Positions 1 to 12,511 of a DNA stretch of 64,000 nucleotides are shown piece by piece. The stretch is from Lepidodermella squamata (Eukaryota; Animalia; Gastrotricha): assembly GCA_047495785.1 (NCBI GenBank), contig JBLDXI010000009.1, positions 2,604,001 through 2,668,000 of the forward strand, given 5' to 3'. Each line of letters opens with the position of its first letter. Position 1 is the first letter of the stretch. The notes beneath the pieces are model-generated. The model worked only from the letters and a program-made list of their open reading frames with translations, had not been told where the DNA came from and made no database searches. Both the position numbers and the translations under genes were made by a program.

Positions 1-558
1 GTTGCATGAACATTTTTCATTATTGGTTGATGTCGGAAATCGTTGATTTTGAAAATCGATAACAAAATCGATAAAACTTAATTTCAACTGAAAAATTTAC
101 CGATCTTGGCGAAAAATATGGAGATCCTAAAAGAAATTACAGCAATGGCAATACAAAATGAGGTTCCAGGCTTGGAAATCCCATTTCCATAGTTTGGGGA
201 AACTCAGCGCTGAAACCCGAAATTCAGATTATTCGACTATTTCATGTCCTCGGTTTTGAGGGCAAAGATTCGGTTTCGAAATAAAAAATAGGTAACTCGA
301 AATTTTATGATGAATTCAAAATTTCAAAATTTCAATTAAAATTTCAAAATAATAATAATTCATAATAAACTCATGCTAAAATCCTGCGTTCGAGGTATAT
401 AAGCATCCCTTCGAACCAAGCTTCATTGTAATTTCTTGGAAAAATTCGGGAAATTGCTACTGGGCATATTTTGATTTTGAGCCCAATTTAGTCCCGCTCT
501 TTTGCTAATTTCAGCATTATAAGTATTCTGCTGATTAATCAGAATAGAGAAATCACAC

Positions 559-1577
559 CTGCATGGCCATGGTGAGCACATCAGCCGCTCGTCCACTATC
601 CGCTATAACGACAATCGGTTTCGCATCAGTCAGCAGGTAGTCGACAGCTAAACGAATGCAGTGAGCTCCACCCTCGACGAAAATTGAAATCAAAGGCGCC
701 GTATGCGGCTCGGCTGTATCGCTCGAAATTTCACTTTCGAACTCCTGACGCCATTTAACCTCCTGGCCATACTTGCCCATTGTCCCGTCATCGACTAGCA
801 GGAAAATTGAATGGTTCGGGTTGAGGACATTCGCCCCGCTGGCTGTTGTAGGCGGGTAGTACTGGACGTCGGCATTTCGACCAGCGAGCCGGTGTCGCCC
901 GGCAATCACACCCCACGGCGCGATTCCAATTACTACAGCCCTATTACGACGTAGCACCCCGGCTGTCAAAGCATCGCCGACTTGCTTAGCAACTCCGATA
1001 TTAAGGCCGCTAGTGATAATCCAGCAACCCGGAACGGCAGCCATACGTTGAAGGGAGCGGCGAAACGCTCGTTTAACCCGCGGTGGCAGGTCGAAATTGT
1101 TCATTCCGCCCTGAATTGAAATGACGAGTTTAGGCGGATCGGCGCCCCAATGTTCGGTGAGCAGCCGCACGACATCGGATGGCTTGGTCGCAGGGTTCAT
1201 TCGAAGGTATTGCGCGTGGACCCCGGTTCCGAACTCGACGGAGCCGTAGCAGTCGGTTGGGAAGGCTACGGTGTGTTTGCGCCACGACCACGTGCCGACC
1301 GGCCACGCTGAAGCCGGGTCGTGGGCTGATCTGTCGCGACCGCAACCGCACCTGCAACGCATTTTTTATTGGTTCGAAAAATCCAAAGAATTATAAGATT
1401 ACATTTCATTATTGTAGGGATCGCCGAAAAACTGCATGCACTCGCATTTTTGAAAAGTCTCTTCAATCCAGGCTGAAGTGTTTAACAGCTGTTTTATGGG
1501 AATGTATAATAGCAATAAAATTCTGGAAAAATCGCGTTTACAGCCGAACTATTGACAATGACTGTTGACCGCCGCAT
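559..1577 (-). CDS. TRPM: TRPM cation channel, first exons (N-terminus and MHR1/2 SLOG domain); gene continues off the left edge
   Basis: Spliced reading MRRSTVIVNSSA|LLNTSAWIEETFQKCECMQF...|CGCGRD...KHT..FPTDCYG.VEF...PKLVISIQGG...WIITSGLNIGVAKQVGDAL...NPNHSIFLLVDDGT.GKYG.E, typical of TRPM. Exons ~1577-1542, ~1489-1403 and 1351-559 with GT-AG introns; the first exon is tentative. Confidence 0.9.
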
Positions 1578-2292
1578 TGCATCAAGTGAATATCGCAGCT
1601 ATAGGCTCTTCGAAATCTGGAACATTTAAAACAAACGTAAGAATTAGTAGACCATCAATACTATGGAACTAGAGCAATTGAGCTCTTATCATTTACTAGC
1701 AATTTTTTATCTCACTATAATATTCTTCAGTATAAGGCGCAGTGCATTTATACCAGGCGTGATAATAACTCATTTGTTTCACGTGAAAAGTCCGCTTTCA
1801 CCGTAAATTAGGCGTATCCGTCTTATGATACTTATAAACTTATAAGAATGGAACAAAGATTGTAAATATTTTGCATTTACATTCTAGGACACAGTAGCAG
1901 CGTGTTTCAACTGACAAATCAATCGAATACTTCTGGGTCGAAAAATTTGGCCGTTAACATTGAAAAAGTGGGGCAAAGTTTCTGTATTTTCCAGCAAATC
2001 GCAAAACAAGTGTTGACTTGAAGAAGGGCGATTCTTGGATTCCCAGAAGTTTTTTTTGAGAATTTCAAATTTCAAGTTTCAAACCTCTAGGAGGTTCCCG
2101 TCTTCCTTAATAGCCGAAGAACCCAAAATTTCGCTGAAAGGTCCTATATCTATTCAGGTTGGTGTTGAGACCAGCTTGATTCCGTCGCAATTTGTGAATA
2201 TCCAGCGAATTTCCTCACCTCAGATTACCCCATAAATGTCAACTGCAATAAAGAAAATGAAATCAGAATTTATTTAATGAAATTTAATTTCG

Positions 2293-3111
2293 ATGAAATC
2301 AAGGTTCCAGACTTGTTTTCGAGTTTTCTCTCCTCTAGGTGGAAATATGCTTTTTAAATGCACTAATTATAAAGACCTTGGCTTGTTAGTCGATGAGAAC
2401 CTATCTTTCAAGTACCATTGTAATACTGTAATTGACAAAGCCTATCACCGAACTAATGTTATTCTGAGAGCCTTTAAAGGCCAAGATCCTATGACGTTAA
2501 AATGGGCTTATTGTGTCTATGTGCGTCCTCTTTTAGAATATGCGATTAGTGTGTGGTCGCCAGCCCAAATTGGTGATCTCCGCTCGATCGAAAATGTCCA
2601 GAAATATTTTACACGACGTGCCTTAGGCTACTCCGATCTTGATACTAATCGTCCTAATTACGAAGCAAGGCTAAAAATGCTAAACATGCAGTCACTAGAA
2701 ATCCGACGCCTTCAAATAGACCTTTGTTATGTGTTTAAAATAATGAATGGATCAATTAATACCAGCCTGATAAATAATATAATTATGAAGTCTTCTATTA
2801 CCCGAGGTCACCCATTTCGTTTCGATGTTGCTCATCCTGATGGTTCTTTTAAATATGCTACTTCTGTTCCCTTTCATAATTTTTTCCTTAATAGAATTGT
2901 GAATGTTTGGAATGACTTACCTCATGACGTTTTTGCAATTGACAAAACGCTTCCCCTTAATGTACAGAATGAGTTATTCAGAAAAAATCTTATGTCTAAA
3001 GATTTAACGCGATTCCTTCAACATAAATTGTACTAGGGCCGAAGTAAGTGGTCTGCTGACCCTTTCTGTCCTCAAACTTGATTTTGAAAATAAAATTATT
3101 ATTATTATTAA
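2293..3111 (+). mobile_element. 5'-truncated non-LTR retrotransposon (CR1/L2-like): RT C-terminal fragment and 3' tail
   Basis: ORF 2293-3036 has KDLGLLVD..LSF..H, YVRPLLEY...VWSP, IENVQKYFTRR and TRGHPF motifs; AATAAA followed by (TTA)n at ~3089-3111. Confidence 0.85.
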
Positions 3112-3251
3112 ATTGTAATCGATGATTATGTCCCATATGACGCGGGGAATTTGGCTGGCTAGGCCACTTTTCTATCGAAATTTCAGGAAAATTCACTGTT
3201 TTTCAAAATCAATACTGGAAACTCGATATTGATCCTAAAAACTGAACCATA

Positions 3252-3958
3252 CCGTAGTGTGGGGTTACTTGGCCGGAAAAGCAGTTTTCGGCGTCTCAAA
3301 ACAAGCTTTTATCGTAAACCCCTCGCAAATTTAATATGAGCAGATTCCTCGTTTGATGATCTAGCGATAGCCGCAAACCCCGTCAAAAACCGATACACCT
3401 GGTCGGTTTTATCAGGGTTTGAAGCATCGGGTCCAAGTGGGGCAACTTGGCCGGAGCGCGGGGTAACTTGGCCGCATGGCTATTTCACTTGGCGATGAAC
3501 CATCTGGCCGAAACTAGGGCGATGATTCATCAAGCCCTCTCAAGTCTGGGCCAAATTATAGTGCGCATTTCGCACGTTAAAAATCGGCCAAGTTACCCCA
3601 CAAACTTCAAGTGCTCACTGCTCGTGTTTCCGCCAACAGATTTTCAAGTTTGAGGTGTATTTTGAAAGATCTCAACGAGAGGATTCCGAATCTGAAAACA
3701 GCGTCGTCTGAAACTTCCTCAATGCCGAGATTTTCAATGCCAAAGTTTCAACGATCAAAATCGGTCAGTTATTATCGATTATCGATTTTGAATCGTCAAC
3801 AAATTAAAAATTCGGAAAAGTGCACAATGTAGCCCAAGTGCCATAGATCGACTCAATGGAAAAAAACGCGGAGAAAAGATTTGATTTAGCTGTGATATCG
3901 ATGGTGAATCGACTTTTCCGGCCAAATTACCTCCCGGTCAAGTTACCCCACACTACGG
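3252..3958. mobile_element. Non-autonomous DNA transposon (Tc1/mariner/pogo-like MITE)
   Basis: 25-bp TIRs (ccgtagtgtggggttacttggccgg / ccggtcaagttaccccacactacgg, 2 mismatches), TA on both flanks, and internal copies of the ggggtaacttggccg motif in both orientations. Confidence 0.85.
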
Positions 3959-4305
3959 TAACTCTTGAAAGATTTAATTCAATATTTCAATCGTTATAAA
4001 AGTTTTCAATAACGCGAACTTCTCAAACTCAAATTGTAGGAATTAGTAGCAATTTACATAAGTTATACGAGTGTCTCCAGTATTAAGGCTAGAGCAGTTT
4101 ATTCAGAATTTTACCGCATCCGCTCATCGCAAGAGCTGGCAGCCATCAGCCAACCGAAATAACGTGTTAGCATTCACTGAACCTTAACCACAGCTGGTTA
4201 AATGCGACATTGCAGGTAAACCAGCGACCATGACTGATCAAACAAAACGGAAAAGTGTCGCGCATGAAACGAAGCGTTTAACATGCATGTGATGCCTCGT
4301 CTGGG

Positions 4306-4313
4306 TATAAAAA
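4306..4313 (+). promoter_or_regulatory. Candidate TATA box of the esterase gene
   Basis: TATAAAAA 57 bp upstream of the ATG at 4363. Confidence 0.45.
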
Positions 4314-4362
4314 AACCCTTGATTTTTCGCCGTGTTCTTCATTTAATTTTGTCTTGATTACC

Positions 4363-6584
4363 ATGAAACAGTCTATCTTAGTTGTTTTGTTATTGGGCTT
4401 TGCTGCTAACTGCAGTCTGGCGCAAGATGACGAACCAGCAATCGACACTTCAGCAATCGTTTATTCACCAGTAATTAAAACCGCCACTGGCCAGCTTCGT
4501 GGCAAACTCGTCAAAGCCTTATCTGCTGAATATGAGGACGTTTACCTGTTTTCAGCTGTTCCATTGTAAGTTGGGATTATAATTTTGAAGTATAATTTCC
4601 AACTTTTCCCAGCGCCGAACCACCCGTTGGCGATCTTCGCTTCAAGATGCCTATGCCTAAGACGCCATGGACTGGTGTTTACGACGCAACTGTTGTCCCT
4701 AACATGTGCTGGCAGACCATCGAAAAAGCCGAAGTAAATTTCAATATTTCCGAAAATTAATACAATTAAATTGATTAATTAAGGCCCCAAGAAACGAAGA
4801 CTGCCTGTACTTGAACATTTGGGTTCCGAAGCGTATCGTCGACGCCGTTGCGGCTGGTTCCAAGCCGGCACCTCTTGCCACGTTCTTCTGGATCCACGGT
4901 GGCGCCTATCAAAAAGGTTCCATCACCCACTCAGCCTGGAGCGGTCTTCACCTAGCGGCGACTCAAAACGTCATTGTTGTAAGCACCCAGTACCGCCTGG
5001 GCGGTTTCGGATTCCTCTACATGGGCAATGACGAGGCGCCGGGCAATATGGGCCTGTGGGACCAGCGTGAAGCTTTAAGGTGGTTGAACGAAAATATCGC
5101 CGCTTTCGGTGGCGAGAAATCGCGAATTACGATCGATGGCCAGAGTGCTGGGGCCTCGGCTTCGGCCTTCCACGTTGTGTCACCCTACAGCCGCGACCTG
5201 TTCACCCAGGCGGTGGTTCAAAGCGGCAGTTCGTTCAGCTCTCGCTCGTTTATCATGCCGCAAATGGCCCTTCAAACCGCTGATTTGATCATCAACAGCG
5301 TTGGCCGCTCGGCGAAATCGAGAAACTTCACGCAATGCATCAAGGTCAGCGCCCTGTCGCCACTCGATGTCAAAATGGCGTGTTTGAGGTCGTTGAGCTC
5401 CGATGACTACCAACGCTTCTCGCAGGGAGCTGCTCCGGATCGGGACGAATTCGACGGTTTTGGCCGTACCCCGTTTGTGCCTGTTATCGATGGCGTCTTC
5501 TTGCCAGAGAATCCTATTGATATGAATTTGAAGGGAAATTTCAAGAAGATGCCGTTGTTGCATGGTGGCAATGCTGACGAAGGATCTTACTACTTGAACG
5601 GAACTCAAATCGTTAGTTCGAAGCTAGTTAAAATTAAGTTGAAAACATTTTTTATTTTAAAATTTGAATTTTTTTATTCATTTCAATTTGAATTTTTTTT
5701 ACAGGCTCTGAATCTGCTGCCCACCGCTCTCGAGCCTAACAAGTCCACGGCCTGGTTTACTAGGGACACTTTCGATCAATTCGTGAACACCCTGTTCGCC
5801 TCTGATGTTCACATCAACGTCACCTATAGCCAGGAAGCTCTTGATGCCATTGAACATTTCTACTGGAACCAGAACCCTAACGAGGACATTGTTCAGAAAA
5901 TTGTTCGCATGGCCAGTGACTACACAATTCATTGCCCTACGACCAACCATGTCGATGTCCACGCTGCAACCGAGTTTCCGGTTAGTAATTTCATAAAAAT
6001 AAGTTTTCAATTTTTTTTTATAATTATATATTAGGTCTACCGCTATTACTTCGCCCAGCGACCTGTGAAGGTGTGAATTTTCACCGTTAGAATTTTTAAT
6101 TTCAATTTTTGTCGGTATTTCAGTCAGCGAATCCTACTTGGTGGGGCTGCACTCATGCTGATGAGATTCGCTTCATGTTTGGTTTCGCGATCGATCCGGC
6201 TATCAAGCGTTACACTAAAGACGAGAGGAACCTCAGCCGTCGCATGATGACCTACTGGATGAACTTTGTCAAATTCGGGTAACAACTTCCCTCTTCAAGT
6301 GATTTTATGAAAGAAATTTGATAAAATAGCGATCCCAATAAGATGGACGCCAGCGATAAGAGGACTCGTCTGCCTCTGCCCAACTGGCCTAGGTACACTG
6401 TTCAGGAAAAGGCGCAACTCAAGCTGATCAATGACGGAGCTGTACAGCAGGTTCTGGTTAACATTAAGGAGGCTGAGTGCAAGGTATGAAACATTTCGAT
6501 GCTAATTTTGAAGGTTTTATCTACATTTTTTCGCAGTTCTGGAATGATTTCATGAACAAGTATTCCAAGCCGAACGTCTTCTGA
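4363..6584 (+). CDS. Secreted type-B carboxylesterase / cholinesterase-like alpha/beta hydrolase (multi-exon)
   Basis: Signal peptide; AEPPVGDLRF, EDCLYLNIW, WIHGGAY, GNMGLWDQ; catalytic GQSAG Ser, NADEG Glu and GCTHADEI His; stop at 6582-6584. Confidence 0.92.
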
Positions 6585-6851
6585 ACAACAAAGGTAGCAG
6601 ATTTCCCGATTCTCTACAATTATATTATTTCCAAAATTACCGATAAAATGACTAATTTGGGTGAAGGACGGTGAAAATATTATTTCTATTACTATATTTC
6701 TTGAAAAATGATTAAATAAAAGCATTCTTTGGTTTTGGGTTATTTAATTGGGTCGGTATACTTATACTTCAGTAAGTACGCTTTTCCGACTAATCGTACT
6801 TATAAGGGATTCAGGCAGCGGATAATTGAATAATATGTGCGAAAAATAGTC

Positions 6852-7075
6852 TACGTTTGAAGCTGAGTAAGGCTCATACTTCACCTGGTTGGAAAAAACA
6901 GTTCCAGAGGAAGAATTTTTAGGTGATAAAGTAAGTGGAACCTTTCAAAAAGGTCAGGAAGCTCAAGATTCAATTGTAATGATAAAATCAAACAAAAATT
7001 GTTGACAGCAAATAAAATTAGGCCAGATCGTTTTCCAACCAGGTGAAGTATGAGCCTTAATCAGTTTCAAACGTA
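6852..7075. mobile_element. Short MITE / fold-back element
   Basis: 45-bp near-perfect inverted arms at 6852-6896 and 7031-7075, beginning and ending with TA. Confidence 0.7.
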
Positions 7076-7376
7076 AAATATGTTAGGCTGAAATTTATCA
7101 GCCGAAAATCCTTTTAAGTAAGAATATCCACTTCGTATTTAATTTCTTTTCAGTGCATTTTTCGAGAAATGGTCGCCAGATTTTTGAATGAAGCACGCGA
7201 CTTCGTTCGCGCGCGATCAAAAATGGCCTGGCGCGAATTTCAAATTGAGCAAATCTTCATTTTTCAAATTTTCACTACTATCGTACAGTACTCGAAACAT
7301 TCACACAGTTGTTCTCAATTTCTTAAAGTATTTACTTTTGTTTCCACATTTTTTACCCTTGTTTTCCCGCCATCGA

Positions 7377-10300
7377 ATGCAAATTAAAAAGCTGGCTGAC
7401 AAGAACAACGCGACCGCACCTGCCGAAACGAATGCGAAAAATAAAAAGTAAAATTTTCGAAGGTTTTTCAAAATTTAGGTATCAATATTTTTTAGACCTA
7501 CAAAAAATGACCCAGCTCCAGCAGCGCTTCAACTTCCGACTTTGACCAGGGTAAAAACTGACCAACCGAAAACTGAAGCCACCCAGCAGAAGGTACAACA
7601 AGGCCAAAAGCTAGATGTTTCAGGAATCGTCACTCGCAGCCGAACCCCGGTTGGCTATGCGTACCAGGTTCTCGTCGACAAGTTGCGGAGCAAACGCAAC
7701 AAAATTACGCAACGCACTCACAAACGCCCGTCGCCGCAGTTAATTGCTTTGACCACAGCCGCGAAAGCCATCCGCGCAGCTCGAGCGGCTAGCAATGAGG
7801 AAGTCGCCCAGCCGAAAATGACATCGACGCCTTCAGCTAACCGCAACCTCCTCGGTCCGTACCCTACCGATACTACGGTCGATATCATGAAGGGCAAAAA
7901 GGTCATGGTCACGCGTAGCGCTGCGAAGCGTCGCGAGTTGGAACTCGTAGCCGGGTGTACGCCTATCGAGCGAAGTTCGACCTTTCAACCGACTTTACTC
8001 GGCGAGCAGCCGACACCAGCTATTACCAACGACCCAGCGTCGCCTCGTAGACGGCGCCATTTGGATGTTCAGAGGGACCTGAAGCTAACTGCTGGTGCTA
8101 TGGCCAACAACAACGTGGTTGAGGTACCTGCTCCGAAGATTTTGCGGGTCAGTGCCGCTGATCGGGATAACAAGCCAGCGAGTGAGAGGAAGGAGGCTGG
8201 TGCTAAGCCGCGCGTTGTTCCTGAAATTGTTATCGCTGATGCTGAGGTGCATCATTTGCCGACTGAAGCTGGTCGCTGGAGCCCGACCCCGTCGCATCGC
8301 CATCGTCGCTTCCAGCCGGAGACTGAACAACGGCAAACTGGCTCGAAAGCGAAGCAAAACCCACGTGTTACCTTTGAAGAGGTTTTTGATTTTTCAAGTT
8401 TTAATTCGACTTTCAATTAATTAGTTCATTTATCTGCTTTTTCAAGTTCCCATACTCAAATGGTATTTAAAAACTTTATTTTCGGAGTTTAGGGTTATAG
8501 AGGGCTAAATTTTCAGAAAATACAGTTTTTCGCATGTTTGATTCTCTATTTTCCCCTATTTTGGCGGTCGGTTTATAAACTAAGCCTAAATGTTTGCAGA
8601 TCCGAAATCGATCCCAAGTAGGTATCGATTTTACAAATCAGTGATTTTTTCAATATAAACAATATTGAGCATAGTGTTGGGAATTGTTCTAGAGAAGGTT
8701 GAAATCGCGACAAAATTAGACAATTTAGTGATAGACTGCTGGAATCTCAGTTTTTGTGGTGGAAATATTTAAATAATTCCACGTTTTATTTCGACAGCCT
8801 CCGAACAAGCGACTTAACCCGAACCACGAACAAATAATGGAATATGCCCAACTTCAGCAGGAAGTCGAAGGTCTAAGAGCTCGTTTGGTTGAACGTGAAA
8901 AAGAGGTAAGAATTACCCAGTCTTTCGTTATTCTGAAAATGTTTTGTCTCCCTTTTACCAGATCCAAGTTTAATACATTTAAAAATTCATAGATCCTAAA
9001 ACTATTTATTGGAGTTTTCGAGGATTTTAAAATTTATAGTATTTTTAACAGAATATATTTTAGCGGAACCAAATCTCCATATTGCGGAACCTAATTTTCG
9101 ATAATCATTTTCGAATATTTCTACAAAATTAAGGCAAAATGTTAATTCTGTTGCGAAGAATGCGTCATATACAAATTTTTACGCTGAATTTAAAGATGAT
9201 TTATCTTGAATTATGCTGATTAATTATGACATCCTAGGAAGTTTCGAAAAGTGGTTTCAGGCCCATTGAAAATTCCAAAATTAGGTTCCGCAACTTTGGC
9301 AACTAACAGGCAAATTTGGTTCCGCTAAAAGTAAGACCCCATTTTTGATATCGGAATTGGAAAATCCCCTCCCCTCCCCTCTTTTTCGTAATATTTGAAA
9401 ATATCACAAGAATCGGGCAATCCTCTGGCAAAATTCTGGACTCTGGTGTGAAATTTTCTCAATCTAACTCCTTGAACTGCTTGAAATTTTCAAATCTTTA
9501 TACTGCAGAAATTTTCCTTAATATTGAGGATATCTGAACCGTCATCTTAGCGTTTTAGTACTGGTCATTTTATTTGCTCAGCACATCGATCGGTCAGTTG
9601 AATAAAATCGTTGGCTCCAGACAAATCTTTTCAACAAACACCGAGTAGGAATATTATAGCTCGTCCAAATCGGGAGCACCAAGAATGCATACTATTGCGA
9701 TATTCTTTAAACATTTTATGTGATTTCGAACGATTTTTTTCCCTTAAAAGCAATGGCTAATTATCTGTAAATGCTTTAATCTTCTTTCAAAGATTCAAAA
9801 ACTGAGAGCGACCCACGAGGCTGAAATCACCGACTACGTCGACGAGGTAAGACGACCATTTTTTTCGTGTTTATTTCGGAAAAACACTAAAATCAATATT
9901 AAACCATTGATTCAGTGATTTTAGTCGCGTTAGAAGAGTGCTTGGCACCAGCAACTTGCGTAAGCCCGCCATTGAAATGCCCTCTTGAGTGTAACCACGT
10001 GAGGGCCCTTATCGGCAGTTAGTTGCCGTGTGCGATCGCAAAAATCAGCTCCGACTTGGTATAATTAGCTTAGACTTACTCTCGAGAATTACCGGAAAAA
10101 TTGCATAGCTGCGCAGTTGCGATCGACAAGTTGTTGCCTGACTTGCCATTATAATAAGCGCTAAATAATTAATAATATTTTGTCTCGAAATTGTTGCATA
10201 CCCCTGAGAAGAAAAGTGTGGGTAAAAGAAAACCTAGCCAAATTATTAATTTTAGGTCAATTCAATCAACATATTATTATTTTGATCGCGAATTTTTACA

Positions 10301-11551
10301 CGCAATTCGAGTGTAGCTCGTATTTTTAAAAGCCGCACCACAATATCTCCCGGCGTTTCATGTTTTTACGAAATTCAAAAGCCAACGAATCAATGCGGTC
10401 TCATTCGGGCTCGTTTACCATGGACCGCGGCAGCAACGAAATGCTAGCCATGGCTCTTACTAAAAGTGCCAAAAATGGCCATACGGATAATAACCATTCG
10501 CTTGGCAAGGCCGGCAGGTAATTTGTTAAATTATCAAAATTAAAAAAAAACGACGTGTTCTTTCATACATGTTTATGTATAAAATGTTAACCTTTAATAC
10601 ATATTTTCATAAATAAAATTCTGATCTATAGCAAAACGACGATCAATGGTTCGGGTTAGGGGTTAGGGTTAAAGCTTGGTTAGGGCTTGGTTAGGGTTAG
10701 GCTTAGGGTTCAGCTTGAAAACGGTTTCTGGGTTCTAGATCCCAAAAAAGCAAACTTTGCCAAAACCCCAAACTCAACCTTAACCTACTGTACGTTTTCA
10801 ACCGAAAAAACTTGGTTAGGGTTAGGGTTAGGGTTAGGGTTAGGGTTAGGGTTAGGGTTAGGGTTAGGGTTAGGGTTAGGGTTAGGGTTAGGGTTGGGGA
10901 TTGGGATAGGGATAGGGTTCAGCTTGAGAACGGTTTCTGGGTTCTAAGGCCCGAAAACCAACTGAGAATTCGAAGCCCTATGCCGTTATTTTTAAGTCAA
11001 GAATTGGTCATTTACCAGTCCTTTATGATTCCAGCTTAAATTTTATGAAATAATATGTATGAAAGGTTGAAAAATTTATACATAATCATGTATGAAAGTG
11101 TGCGTTTTTAACAAAAATTACGGTGTAAGAAGAAATAAGTATAAATTACTGGTGGGGAATTCAGCGGAGCGCGCGATCATCATCATCTCGATTATCACTT
11201 ATGCTTTTGTTATTATTTCTACTCACCCTGCTTTTCTTTCCTATATATGTTTGTTTTTTCCCCAGCTTTTATTGTTGTCTGTACATTATAATTACTGCAC
11301 AGATTGCCGAGTTGAATCGCATTATCGCGCAGAAAAATGCGGAACTGGCGGCGTTTGCCGATGCGGCCGTGAGCCGTAAAACCGCGGCTGCGACTAATAC
11401 CTCGATGCACATCACAAAAGAAAAAACAGCAGCAGCAGCAGCGGCGGCGGAACAAGCACCTGCAGCGGTTGTTAACCACTACGCTTGCAAGTACAAGTAT
11501 AAGAACAAGTTTTACGTAGCAAAGATGGCATCCTCGTCTAAGCGATCGTGA
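7377..11551 (+). CDS. Uncharacterised protein: basic low-complexity N-terminus and C-terminal coiled coil (5 predicted exons)
   Basis: Phase-compatible exons ~7377-7447, 7496-8381, 8798-8905 (YAQLQQEVEGLRARLVEREKE), 9792-9846 (IQKLRATHEAEITDYVDE) and 11303-11551 (IAELNRIIAQKNAELAA). No recognisable domain. Confidence 0.6.
9058..9339. mobile_element. MITE family copy (gcggaacc.../...ggttccgc ends); related copies near 25040-25172 and 26855-27097
   Basis: Inverted ends ttttagcggaaccaaat / atttggttccgctaaaa; internal tttacgct.aat.taaagatgattt shared with the copy at ~25046. Confidence 0.6.
10648..10946 (+). repeat. Interstitial TTAGGG tract (13 perfect copies, 10816-10893) inside a duplicated unit
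   Basis: Perfect hexamers plus degenerate copies; gggttcagcttga.aacggtttctgggttcta occurs after both tracts (~10706 and ~10915). Confidence 0.9.
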
Positions 11552-12511
11552 CGCGGCGCTGTTTGATGCAAAGAAAAAATAACTCCACCTTATTATTATT
11601 ATTATCATTAAATCTTTATTACTCGCCGTGTTATTATTCTATCATGCTAATTTTACTTTTTTTTTCATTTATATCACGCATTTGAACGATTTACCTGTGT
11701 TTTGATTTTATCCACACGTGAGCACAGAAATTCTATTCGGAGACAAAGGCGCGTGTGATGACTCATTTCGTGACTTGAATAAATTCCGCAGTCTCACTTC
11801 ACGCCCTGTTTTTTTTGTCAATAATTTTCTAGCACGGTCGCTATATAAAAATGCATTGGTTTCGATCGAATAAGCATCCGCTGAGGTTAGTGTTTAGAGT
11901 GGTATATATGGTATAGAAATAACAGACCGGTGTCTGGTCGCCTAATTTCAATGTGAAAAATTACGCAGCTATTTATTGTTGCTATTAGCCGGTGCGATCA
12001 AGGCGCGCTTCCAAATTTTTCCATCCTAATATAAACGACAGTGGCATTATATTAATGAGAAATTTTCTATCGCGACAAGCGACGCCTTCCGGGCACATGC
12101 GGGCGTTTCCTTTTGAAAAATCGCAAGGAAAACCATTGTTTTAAACTGATTTATACAATCGCAATATTTGCATTGCAGCCAAAAAAAAGTTGATAGGCTG
12201 GTTTTAATATAGCTATCTATATAAAATATAAAATATAAGCTGCATGCCTAATGGTTCACTGCCGAGTGACACTAAGCGACTAATAAAATTATTGAGTGCG
12301 CGGGATCATAAGAATCGGCAAACAAACGGAACATCGCTCAGGCGCATGTACGTATATTTATTTACATATTTTTTTTTCGCTGGATTTCGAAAAATCATGA
12401 TTTATCGAAATTGACCACCATTTTGCGCGTTGTGTATAATAAAAATGCGCCGCTTGTCGCAATAACAAATTAATCATTTTTTTAACAAATTATTACTATT
12501 ACCCCGTGACA

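Noticed and set aside
4363-6584. Calling the esterase acetylcholinesterase
   Set aside because: It lacks the choline-binding omega-loop Trp and the FGESAG context, so only a family-level call is supported.
10687-11039. ORFs with (LG)n and (VR)n runs
   Set aside because: Translations of the TTAGGG tract, not proteins.
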